A stretch of DNA of 45,085 nucleotides. Source: Myxococcota bacterium. Its GTDB lineage: Bacteria; Myxococcota_A; UBA796; GCA-2862545. The DNA lies in the NCBI GenBank assembly GCA_039208735.1, contig JBCCQY010000060.1:1-45085 (forward strand), written 5' to 3'. Numbering within the stretch: the first letter of the stretch is position 1; the number at the start of each line of letters is the position of its first letter. Under the pieces are notes generated by a model. The model was given only the letters and a program-made list of their open reading frames with translations. It had not been told where the DNA came from and searched no databases. The translations under genes were made by a program, and so were the position numbers. This document shows positions 37,682-45,085 of this stretch, one piece after another.

Positions 37682-38551
37682 ATGGCACGTCGTAATACCG
37701 GTGGACGGCTTCGCGCCCTCCTCTTCCTGTTCATCTCGTTCTCGGCCGCGGCGGTCGCGAGCGTCGTCATCTACTTCGTCATCAGCTCCTACCAGAGCCA
37801 GCTCGACAACGCGCAGCTTCCCGAGCAGACGGTCGAAGTCATGGTGGCGGACCGGAACCTTGGTCCCGGCAAGACCATCATCGATGAGGACCTTGCGATG
37901 GAGGCGCTTCCGCCTGACTACGTTCCGGATTCGGTGCTCCGTCAGAAAGAGCAGGCGAAGGGTCGGGTGCCCCGAGAACGCATTTTGAAGGGTGAGTTCA
38001 TCCGTGAGGAGCGGTTGGCCGATCCCGAGGCCGGCTTGGGCCTCAACGCGATCATCCCCCGAGGCATGCGCGCCCTTTCCATCAATATCAGCGATGGATC
38101 GGCGGTGTCGGGCTTTCTGAATCCGGGCAACTACGCGGATGTGCTCGTCACGATCGATGGAGATTCGACGCGTCCCGAGGCCACGACCAAGACGCTGCTG
38201 CAGGCGGTGACGGTGCTCGCGGTCAACAACCGACTGGGCACGAGCGTCGAGCAGCTCGACGGCAGCTACAAGCCTTCCGTCACCTTGGCTGTGACGCCCG
38301 AAGACGCTCAGAAGCTGACCCATGCGGTGGCCCAGGGTGAAGTCACCCTCACGCTTCGCAACGACATCGACGTCACCCACGTCGAGACCCACGGTGCGAT
38401 GGCGTCCAAGATGCTCATGAACGAAGACACCGCGAAGCGCATCACCGTCAAGGAGTGGACGGAGCGTCGCGAGAAAGGTGGCGACGGTACGCTCCTGCTG
38501 ATCCAGGGCAAATCGGTCCAGAAGGAGAAGTCGCAAGCTCAGCGACCCTGA
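37682..38551 (+). CDS. cpaB: Flp pilus assembly protein CpaB/RcpC
   Basis: N-terminal TM, SAF domain (VMVADRNLGPG), PRGMRALSI, VSGFLNPGNYADVL, VTLAVTPEDAQKL, LTLRN. Confidence 0.92.
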   Translation: MARRNTGGRLRALLFLFISFSAAAVASVVIYFVISSYQSQLDNAQLPEQTVEVMVADRNLGPGKTIIDEDLAMEALPPDYVPDSVLRQKEQAKGRVPRERILKGEFIREERLADPEAGLGLNAIIPRGMRALSINISDGSAVSGFLNPGNYADVLVTIDGDSTRPEATTKTLLQAVTVLAVNNRLGTSVEQLDGSYKPSVTLAVTPEDAQKLTHAVAQGEVTLTLRNDIDVTHVETHGAMASKMLMNEDTAKRITVKEWTERREKGGDGTLLLIQGKSVQKEKSQAQRP

Positions 38552-38567
38552 CCTCCGATCGCGGGAT

Positions 38568-38613
38568 CAAACGCCTCGCTGGTGATCCAATCGGGTCACC
38601 AGCGAGGCGTTTG
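38568..38613. repeat. 21-bp inverted repeat (hairpin) downstream of cpaB
   Basis: CAAACGCCTCGCTGGTGATCC-aatc-GGGTCACCAGCGAGGCGTTTG: 20 Watson-Crick pairs and one G-U. Confidence 0.85.
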
Positions 38614-38868
38614 CTGTGTGGTGGAGCGTGTTTGAACCGGATTTGGGATCGCGTGTTGTCCGAGGCAGCAACCGTTCCGAGACCGCAGTAAAAGGTCCAT
38701 CCCGTCACGTGGTCAACGTTGACGATCGAGAAACGAGAACAGAAATCGAAAGGCCTACCGATGCCATCGTGGACCGGACCTCCGATCGGTCGGAAAACCC
38801 ACTGGCCGATCTGTCGATTTGAGGTAGGCTCCGCTCCGACCGATTCACCCCCCGAGAGGAACCGTCCG

Positions 38869-40266
38869 ATGTATTCCTTACTTTCCAGGTGGGCTGCGTT
38901 GCTTGCGGTCCTGCTTTGTTGCACCACGACGGCGCACGCGCAGGACGGACGCTCCGACTGGCTCGACATCACCCTCGGCAAGAGTCTCGTGCTCACTCTT
39001 CCCCGGGTGCCCAAGGCCATCGCGATTACCGACCCCGAGATTGCATCGGCGGTAACCCTTGGGAGTGCGACCAAGATCCAGGTCCAGGGGATCGCCATTG
39101 GGACGACCGACCTCGTCGTTCAGTTTTCTGGCGGGATTGCGCCGGAGATCTACGAGGTCACGGTCGCTCGCGACCTTTCCGACCTCATCCGCCGCATCGA
39201 CTCCATCGTGGAAGGGGAGCCGCCGCGGGTGTACCCGCTTGGTGAGCGGGTGGTCGTCGAAGGAGGGGTGGACGACCTCGATACGCTCGAGCAGGTGGCG
39301 TTGGTCTCGCGCATCTTCGATGAGAACTTCGTCAACCTGATGAGCGTTCGGGGTGACCACCAAGTCCAAATTGAGGTGGTGTTTGCCGAAGTGTCGCGGA
39401 CTGCGACCCGCGAGTTGGGCATCAACGCGCTCGCGAGTGCAGGCCAGTTCCGAGGCGGCATCGTTGGGCCGACCAACGGCCAGAACATCCAGGTCACGGG
39501 CATCCAGGGGGGCATTCAGACCGCACAGACGGTGGGGGTCATCGGCAACCCCGTGATCGGCGGATTCAACCTCGCGGGCATCGCGCAGCTCGGGCAGGTG
39601 ACGGCGGGGGCGGTCATCGGTGCGCTCGATGACTACCGCGTCGCGAAGATTCTCGCCCAGCCGACGTTGTTGTCGCTCTCGGGTCAGAAATCCGAGCTGC
39701 TTTCCGGTGGTGAAGTTCCGATTCCAACGCCTCAGGGCGGTGGTGCGGGCGGTACCACGGTGACCATTCAGTTCAAAGAATACGGGATCAAGCTTTGGTT
39801 CATCCCGACGGTGTTGGCGAGCGACGTCATCGACATCCAGATGTACCTGGAGATTTCCGAGCCCGACTTCGCGGTGGCCACCAGCGTTGCGGGCGTGAGC
39901 GTGCCTGGGTTCATCACGCGCAAGAGCAAGGCGCACCTCCGGCTCGAGAACGGCATGACCTTCGCGGTGGCGGGCTTGCTTTCCGAGAACAGCAATTATT
40001 CTCGCATTGGCGTTCCTGGTCTGGGGCGAATTCCCTTGATTGGATCTCTCTTCCGGACGATTCGCCACGTTCGCGAAGAGGCCGAAGTGGTCATTTACGT
40101 CACGCCGCGGCTCGTCCGTCCGATGGCCCCCGGTGAGGTTCCGGCGGCTCCGGGTACGACCGAGAACAACAACCCGAGCGACTTCGAGTTGTACATCCTC
40201 GGCATGGATCACCGCCCGAACTCGCGAACCGCGTCGCCGACGGGGGCCGTGGGGCTCCAGCGATAG
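38869..40266 (+). CDS. cpaC: Tad pilus secretin CpaC/RcpA
   Basis: Signal peptide (..TTTAHA-QD), QVQIEVVFAEVSR, ILAQPTL..LSG..LLSGGEVPIP, FKEYGIKL, VPGLGRIPLIGSLFR, VIYVTPRLV. Start at ATG 38869 after GAGAGGA. Confidence 0.92.
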   Translation: MYSLLSRWAALLAVLLCCTTTAHAQDGRSDWLDITLGKSLVLTLPRVPKAIAITDPEIASAVTLGSATKIQVQGIAIGTTDLVVQFSGGIAPEIYEVTVARDLSDLIRRIDSIVEGEPPRVYPLGERVVVEGGVDDLDTLEQVALVSRIFDENFVNLMSVRGDHQVQIEVVFAEVSRTATRELGINALASAGQFRGGIVGPTNGQNIQVTGIQGGIQTAQTVGVIGNPVIGGFNLAGIAQLGQVTAGAVIGALDDYRVAKILAQPTLLSLSGQKSELLSGGEVPIPTPQGGGAGGTTVTIQFKEYGIKLWFIPTVLASDVIDIQMYLEISEPDFAVATSVAGVSVPGFITRKSKAHLRLENGMTFAVAGLLSENSNYSRIGVPGLGRIPLIGSLFRTIRHVREEAEVVIYVTPRLVRPMAPGEVPAAPGTTENNNPSDFELYILGMDHRPNSRTASPTGAVGLQR

Positions 40267-40397
40267 GTAGTGTGACCGGTTGGTGCCCCAGGCTTGACTC
40301 CCCCGGGGCAACAACCGAAGGTATGGTACTCAAGGCGTGGGGCCGCGCCTGACAATGGCCTAAGATGCGCCCCTGTCGACGTTGAGGAGGTCAGCTC

Positions 40398-41597
40398 GTG
40401 CGCAACATCGGGAGAAGCGCTGGTGCCGCCTCGGTGGTTTTGGTGGGGCTCGATCCGGATGCCATGGGCATGGTGAAGGAGGCTCTGGCTGCCGAAGCGG
40501 TGCTGCCAAACGCATCGGTTCCCTTCGCAGATGCCCTGCCGGTCATCGAGAAGACCAACCCCGACGTAGTCATCGTCGGCTACACCCGTTCGGTCGAAGC
40601 TTCGTTGTTCCTCGCAGAGGAGATGCGAAAGAGTCAATCCAGCTCGGTGATGGTCGCGCTGGCTGAAGTGCCGGACTCGCAAGCCATTTTGGGTGCGATG
40701 CGAGCGGGTTTCAAGGAGTTTGTGTGTCTTCCGGATGACGCTGCGCGTTTGCGGACCGTCGTTCATGAAGCCGCGTTCCGACCGGGCGATGACGAAGAAC
40801 GGGGCCGAGTGGTCGCCCTCACCGGAGCCAAGGGCGGGGTGGGCACGACCACGTTGGCGGTCCACCTTGCGGCCGAACTTGCGGGTATCCACCGGGTTTT
40901 GCTCGTCGACATGGACTTCGGCATGGGCGATGTGGCGCCCATGATGGACATCAGCAGCCGCGACTCCATCGCGGATCTGCTTCCTCGAGCCGACCGACTC
41001 GATGAGCGCATGCTCACTTCGGCGGTGATGGTGCACCGCACCAAGGTGAATGTGCTCACCACCCCCGACGACATGGAAGCCATCGGGCCCGTCAAAACGG
41101 ACGACATTTACAACGTGTTGAACGTGGCGGCGAAGGCCTACCAGTGGGTCATCGTCGACTGTGGCACCTACTACGACGAAGCGGTTGCCATGACGTTGCA
41201 GCTCGCCGACACGATCGTGCTTGTGACCACCCCAGACGTTACCAGCGTTCGCGACGCGTTTCGGCGCGTCCGAACGTTCAATGTGCTCGGTATGGAGCGC
41301 GACCGGGTTCGACTGGTGGTCAATCGCTACCACAAGGCAGCGTACGTCTCGAAGAAGGACATCTCCACCAACCTCGGGCTGCAAATTGCGGCGACGGTTG
41401 CCGACGATGCGCGTCATGTCGAGCAAGCGGTCAACGAAGGGAAGATCATTCGGGAGGTCAATCGCCGGTGCGACGCAGCTCGTGACATCGCCAACCTTGT
41501 GGCCGTCCTCACCGAGGATCCCGAGGATTACGGCGAATATCCCGAGCAGGAAGGCAGCGGCAGTTGGCTTTCGGGCCTGTTCGGCGGGCGGAGGTGA
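40398..41597 (+). CDS. cpaE: Pilus assembly protein CpaE/TadZ (receiver-like plus MinD/ParA-like domain)
   Basis: GAGGAGG RBS. AMRAGFKEFV receiver-like segment, deviant Walker A GAKGGVGTTT, LLVDMD, VIVDCG, LVVNR. Confidence 0.88.
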   Translation: MRNIGRSAGAASVVLVGLDPDAMGMVKEALAAEAVLPNASVPFADALPVIEKTNPDVVIVGYTRSVEASLFLAEEMRKSQSSSVMVALAEVPDSQAILGAMRAGFKEFVCLPDDAARLRTVVHEAAFRPGDDEERGRVVALTGAKGGVGTTTLAVHLAAELAGIHRVLLVDMDFGMGDVAPMMDISSRDSIADLLPRADRLDERMLTSAVMVHRTKVNVLTTPDDMEAIGPVKTDDIYNVLNVAAKAYQWVIVDCGTYYDEAVAMTLQLADTIVLVTTPDVTSVRDAFRRVRTFNVLGMERDRVRLVVNRYHKAAYVSKKDISTNLGLQIAATVADDARHVEQAVNEGKIIREVNRRCDAARDIANLVAVLTEDPEDYGEYPEQEGSGSWLSGLFGGRR

Positions 41598-41601
41598 GTG
41601 A

Positions 41602-42960
41602 ATGGGCGGCGGAAGGCTGATTGACCGGGTTCGGGGCGCACAGAGGTTCCGGACTGGGCAGACCGGGCCAGCTCAGGCGAGCGGGCTGAATGTCGAGTTC
41701 GCCCAAATCAAGCGCGAACTCCATAACGAACTGATCGAGTCCCTCGACTTCGAGCAAGTCGGCAACACGCCGCGTGAGGAGTTGGCCCAGCGTCTCCGCC
41801 AAACGCTGACCGAACGGGTCGAGGCGAGGCAGCTTCCGCTCAACCGGATGGAGCGCGAGCGGCTCGTCGAGGAGATTCTTGACAACATTCTCGGACTCGG
41901 ACCGCTCGAGCCTTTGCTTCGCGACCCCGAAGTGTCCGACATCATGATCAACGGCCCCAAGACGGTCTTCGTCGAACGGAAGGGGCGTCTGGTCAAAACG
42001 AACGTCACGTTCAACGACAACAAGCACCTGCTGCAGATCATCGAACGCATCGTGGCCGCGGTGGGTCGTCGTGTCGACGAGCAGAACCCGATGGTCGATG
42101 CGCGGATGCACGACGGCTCGCGTTTCAACGCGATCATCCCACCACTGGCCCTCGACGGGCCTTGTGTGTCCATCCGGCGGTTTGGGACGATCCCCATCAC
42201 CGCTGAAGACCTCGTGGCGCTCGGCTCCTGTCCTCGGCCCATCCTCGAAGTCCTTCGTGGAGCGGTGCGCAGCCGTCTGAACATCATCATCAGCGGGGGC
42301 ACCGGATCGGGTAAGACCACGCTTCTCAACGTGTTGAGTTCGTTCATCCCGGATTCTGAACGAATCATCACGATCGAGGACTCGGCCGAGCTGCAGCTCC
42401 AGCAGAACCACGTCGTTCGGCTCGAAACCCGCCCGGCCAACCTTGAAGGCAAGGGGTCGATTAACCAGCGCGACCTCGTGAAGAACTGCCTCCGGATGCG
42501 TCCTGACCGCATCATCCTGGGGGAGATTCGTGGGGGTGAGGCCATCGACATGCTCACCGCCATGAACACGGGCCACGATGGCTCCCTCGCTACGGTTCAC
42601 GCCAACAACACCCGGGACGCGCTTGCGCGCTTCGAAACCATGGTCGGCATCGGTATGCCGAACATGGGCGACAAGGCGATTCGCGAGACCATCGCTCGTG
42701 CGCTCGACGTCATCGTGCAGCAGGAACGGCTTTCGGATGGGTCGCGACGCATCATGGCGTTGACCGAGATCACGGGCATGGAAGGCAGCGTGATCACGAC
42801 GCAGGACATTTTCATCTTCGAGCAGCGTACGATCGACGAACAAGGCAAGGTCCGAGGCGCATTCCGCGCCACGGGAATTCGTCCCAAGTTCGCGGGACGC
42901 CTCGCGAGCAAGGGCATCCGGCTCGCTCCCGAGCTTTTCCGCTTCGAGATGGAGGTCTGA
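41602..42960 (+). CDS. cpaF: Tad pilus ATPase CpaF/TadA
   Basis: LGPLEPLL, GGTGSGKTT, ITIEDSAEL, LRMRPDRIILGEIRG, AMNTGHDGSLATVHAN. Confidence 0.96.
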   Translation: MGGGRLIDRVRGAQRFRTGQTGPAQASGLNVEFAQIKRELHNELIESLDFEQVGNTPREELAQRLRQTLTERVEARQLPLNRMERERLVEEILDNILGLGPLEPLLRDPEVSDIMINGPKTVFVERKGRLVKTNVTFNDNKHLLQIIERIVAAVGRRVDEQNPMVDARMHDGSRFNAIIPPLALDGPCVSIRRFGTIPITAEDLVALGSCPRPILEVLRGAVRSRLNIIISGGTGSGKTTLLNVLSSFIPDSERIITIEDSAELQLQQNHVVRLETRPANLEGKGSINQRDLVKNCLRMRPDRIILGEIRGGEAIDMLTAMNTGHDGSLATVHANNTRDALARFETMVGIGMPNMGDKAIRETIARALDVIVQQERLSDGSRRIMALTEITGMEGSVITTQDIFIFEQRTIDEQGKVRGAFRATGIRPKFAGRLASKGIRLAPELFRFEMEV

Positions 42961-42964
42961 GTCC

Positions 42965-43930
42965 ATGCAGCAGTGGGTTCTGGTCATCGTCCTGGCCATC
43001 GTGTTCACCGCGGTGCTCGCCATGGGACAGGGGCTGTACTGGGCTTGGGTCGCAAAGCGCGAGCGGGAGCAGGAAGAGCTGCTCCGTCGTCTTGGCAGCG
43101 GCACGGGCTACGACGAAGAAGAAAACGAGCTGTCGCTGTTCCGCGATCAGGCGGTCGACCAGGTCGCCGGTTCGCTCGGCAACATCGGCGAGGCGTTGCA
43201 GACTACGCTTCGCAAGGCCGACGTAAACTACGATGTCAGCTCACTGTTGATCCGCATGGGCATGTTGGGCGCCATTGGCTCCATGGTGGGAGCCATCTTC
43301 TCGCCGGCGGGCCTCGTTGGGGCGTTGGTCGGCATTCCGCTGGCCTATGTGCCGCTCTTCATCGTTCAGCAGCAAGGCAACGCTCGCATCAAGAAGTTGG
43401 TGGAACAGCTTCCTGATTCGCTCGACCTGATGGCGCGCGCACTCTCTGCGGGGCTTGGCTTGTCCGACGCGTTCCGCCTCGTCGCCGAAGAAATGCCGAT
43501 GCCGATTGCGGCCGAGTTTGGTCGGGTGCAGGAAGAGGTCCGGTTCGGCCGTGACTACCGCGAGGCATTCAACAAGCTCCTCGAACGGAATCCGGGGGTC
43601 TTCGACCTTCGGATCTTCGTGTCGTCGGTCATGCTTCAGCGGGACACCGGCGGTAACCTCATCGAAATCCTGAAGAACATTTCCGATACGATTCGGGCCC
43701 GCTTCCTGTTTGACGCGAAGCTCGCTGCCATGACGGCCGAAGCCAAATTTTCGGCCCTCATCCTCGGCAGCTTGCCGCTGTTCGTGCTTGCGGTCCTCGT
43801 GCTTGGGAACCCCGAGTACCTGGAGCCGATGGTCACGACGACGATCGGCAACGTGATCATCGTGGCCTGCATCACGTCTTATACGCTCGGCATTCTCCTG
43901 ATGCGCGATCTGTCGAAGGTGGAGGTCTAA
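42965..43930 (+). CDS. tadB: Tad inner-membrane platform protein TadB
   Basis: EQLPDSLDLMARALSAG, PIAAEF, QRDTGGNLIEIL, TAEAKFSALIL. Confidence 0.92.
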   Translation: MQQWVLVIVLAIVFTAVLAMGQGLYWAWVAKREREQEELLRRLGSGTGYDEEENELSLFRDQAVDQVAGSLGNIGEALQTTLRKADVNYDVSSLLIRMGMLGAIGSMVGAIFSPAGLVGALVGIPLAYVPLFIVQQQGNARIKKLVEQLPDSLDLMARALSAGLGLSDAFRLVAEEMPMPIAAEFGRVQEEVRFGRDYREAFNKLLERNPGVFDLRIFVSSVMLQRDTGGNLIEILKNISDTIRARFLFDAKLAAMTAEAKFSALILGSLPLFVLAVLVLGNPEYLEPMVTTTIGNVIIVACITSYTLGILLMRDLSKVEV

Positions 43931-43931
43931 G

Positions 43932-44885
43932 ATGGGCGAACTTGTCACCATCGTCCTGATTGGCGGCTTCATCATCATCGTGTTTGGAGCGTTTTTCTAC
44001 GGACTGTATTTGTTGCTGAACCCGACGCGGACCGCGGGCGACCGTCTGCGTGAGTTCGCCGGCACCCAAGGTGGAATCGCCGAAGAAGTCGAAGCGTTCG
44101 ACATCATCACCGTCGAGTCGGGCTCGGAAAGCGCAGGGGTGGTGAGCCGCCTCGGTCAGCTCGCCGCACCCACCACCGAAGAAGAGAAGAACAAGCAACG
44201 TCAGATGCTGCTGCAGGCGGGTTTCAAGAACCGCCATGCACTCGAGATGTTCAACAGCATCCGGGTGACGGCGGCCCTGTCGTTGCCGCTGCTCACGCTG
44301 CCGTTTGCGGCATCGCTGTCCACGCTCAACATCGCGTTCCTCGTCATCTTCATGGCGAGCTTTGGGTACTACGCGCCGAGCATCTGGCTCACCAACATCA
44401 TCAACAAGCGTAAGCGGCGGCTCCTCGCGGCCTTCCCCGATGCGCTCGACCTTCTGGTGAGCTGCGTCGAAGCGGGTCTTGGTCTCGATGCCGCGTTCCG
44501 ACGGGTGGCCAACGAGATGGAGACGGCCGCGCCCGAATTGTCGCGTGAGTTCCAGATTGTGAACCACGAGATTTCGGCTGGTGTGCCCCGCGTAGAATCG
44601 CTGCGCCACCTCGAAACCCGAACGGGACTCGACGAAATCCGCTCGCTGGTCAATATGCTTGCCCAGGCGGAGCGGTTCGGTACCTCGATTGCCCAAGGCT
44701 TGCGCATCCACTCCCAGATGACCCGTCAGAAGCGGATGTCGCGCGCGGAAGAAGAGGCCGCAAAGGTCTCGCCGAAGCTGACCGTCGTGATGATTCTCTT
44801 CTTGCTGCCGGTTTTGGGCGCCGTCCTCATCGGTCCTGCGATCATCAAGGTCATGGAAACCTTCGCCGGGAATGCGGCAGGCTGA
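43932..44885 (+). CDS. tadC: Tad inner-membrane platform protein TadC
   Basis: FPDALDLLVSCVEAGLGLDAA, QAERFGTSIAQGLR, AEEEAAKVSPKL..LFLLP. Confidence 0.93.
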   Translation: MGELVTIVLIGGFIIIVFGAFFYGLYLLLNPTRTAGDRLREFAGTQGGIAEEVEAFDIITVESGSESAGVVSRLGQLAAPTTEEEKNKQRQMLLQAGFKNRHALEMFNSIRVTAALSLPLLTLPFAASLSTLNIAFLVIFMASFGYYAPSIWLTNIINKRKRRLLAAFPDALDLLVSCVEAGLGLDAAFRRVANEMETAAPELSREFQIVNHEISAGVPRVESLRHLETRTGLDEIRSLVNMLAQAERFGTSIAQGLRIHSQMTRQKRMSRAEEEAAKVSPKLTVVMILFLLPVLGAVLIGPAIIKVMETFAGNAAG

Positions 44886-45085
44886 TGGTGGCATTGCTGT
44901 CGATGCTGGTCGTCACGGCGTGCAGCCCCGCGACCAAACGACTTCCTGAACAGCCGGTCGCAGACGGGTTGCCTCCATGGATGGAAGACGGCGATGAGGT
45001 GCGCCTCGGCGTCGCTCGGAAGTGGCTCGACCTCGGTTTTACCCAGGGGGCGTTGTCGATTGTGAGCCAAATGCGGGCGGATGGC
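44885..45085 (+). CDS. Partial lipoprotein, likely TadD/CpaO-like pilotin (truncated by window end)
   Basis: Not in the ORF track. ATG overlaps the tadC TGA and reads MVALLSMLVVTAC-SPATKRLPEQ...KWLDLGFTQGALSIVSQMRADG with a lipobox VTAC. The frame is open to the end. Identity is inferred from position. Confidence 0.55.
   Translation, partial: MVALLSMLVVTACSPATKRLPEQPVADGLPPWMEDGDEVRLGVARKWLDLGFTQGALSIVSQMRADG

Noticed and set aside
37146..38868. c-di-GMP riboswitch or sigma54 promoter in the tad spacers
   Set aside because: I could not find the GEMM core motif or a correctly spaced GG-N10-GC element by eye. An Rfam scan would be needed to exclude them.
41602..42960. Tad locus as the Myxococcus Kil predation system
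   Set aside because: No FHA domains are seen in the ATPase or neighbouring Tad genes. The CpaE-containing gene order looks like canonical Tad.
1..45085. CRISPR arrays, tRNA/rRNA genes, transposases, integrases
   Set aside because: No regularly spaced repeats, RNA-gene signatures or recombinase motifs were seen. Nearly all sequence is accounted for by protein-coding genes.

Overview
A high-GC, gene-dense bacterial window. The eukaryotic-like Ser/Thr kinases, secreted caspase-fold proteins, KirBac channel and Tad pilus suggest a Myxococcota/deltaproteobacterial genome (inference only). Left third (139-15766, all minus strand): a three-gene operon of signal-peptide-bearing caspase (peptidase C14) proteins, an eight-gene translationally coupled operon around an orphan GlmL-family actin-fold ATPase with several uncharacterised membrane proteins, an AAA+ ATPase and a TetR regulator. 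Two of the caspases have an intact His/Cys dyad; the third is catalytically dead and fused to an NlpC/P60-type domain. Middle: KirBac channel, a degenerate-FHA/TM/lytic-transglycosylase protein beside a membrane Ser/Thr kinase, housekeeping enzymes (enoyl-CoA hydratase, GlpD, Ca/Na antiporter, aminotransferase, nitrilase-family hydrolase), a LysR/dehydrogenase pair, a GAF protein, a kinase-NTPase-TPR protein, HemH and RNase D. Right end: a Tad/Flp pilus locus (flp, cpaB, cpaC, cpaE, cpaF, tadB, tadC, partial lipoprotein) with structured spacers. I saw no rRNA, tRNA, CRISPR array or mobile element. The best candidates for undescribed systems are the exported caspase/pseudocaspase-NlpC/P60 operon and the orphan GlmL membrane-complex operon. 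All calls come from motifs read by eye; no database searches were run.
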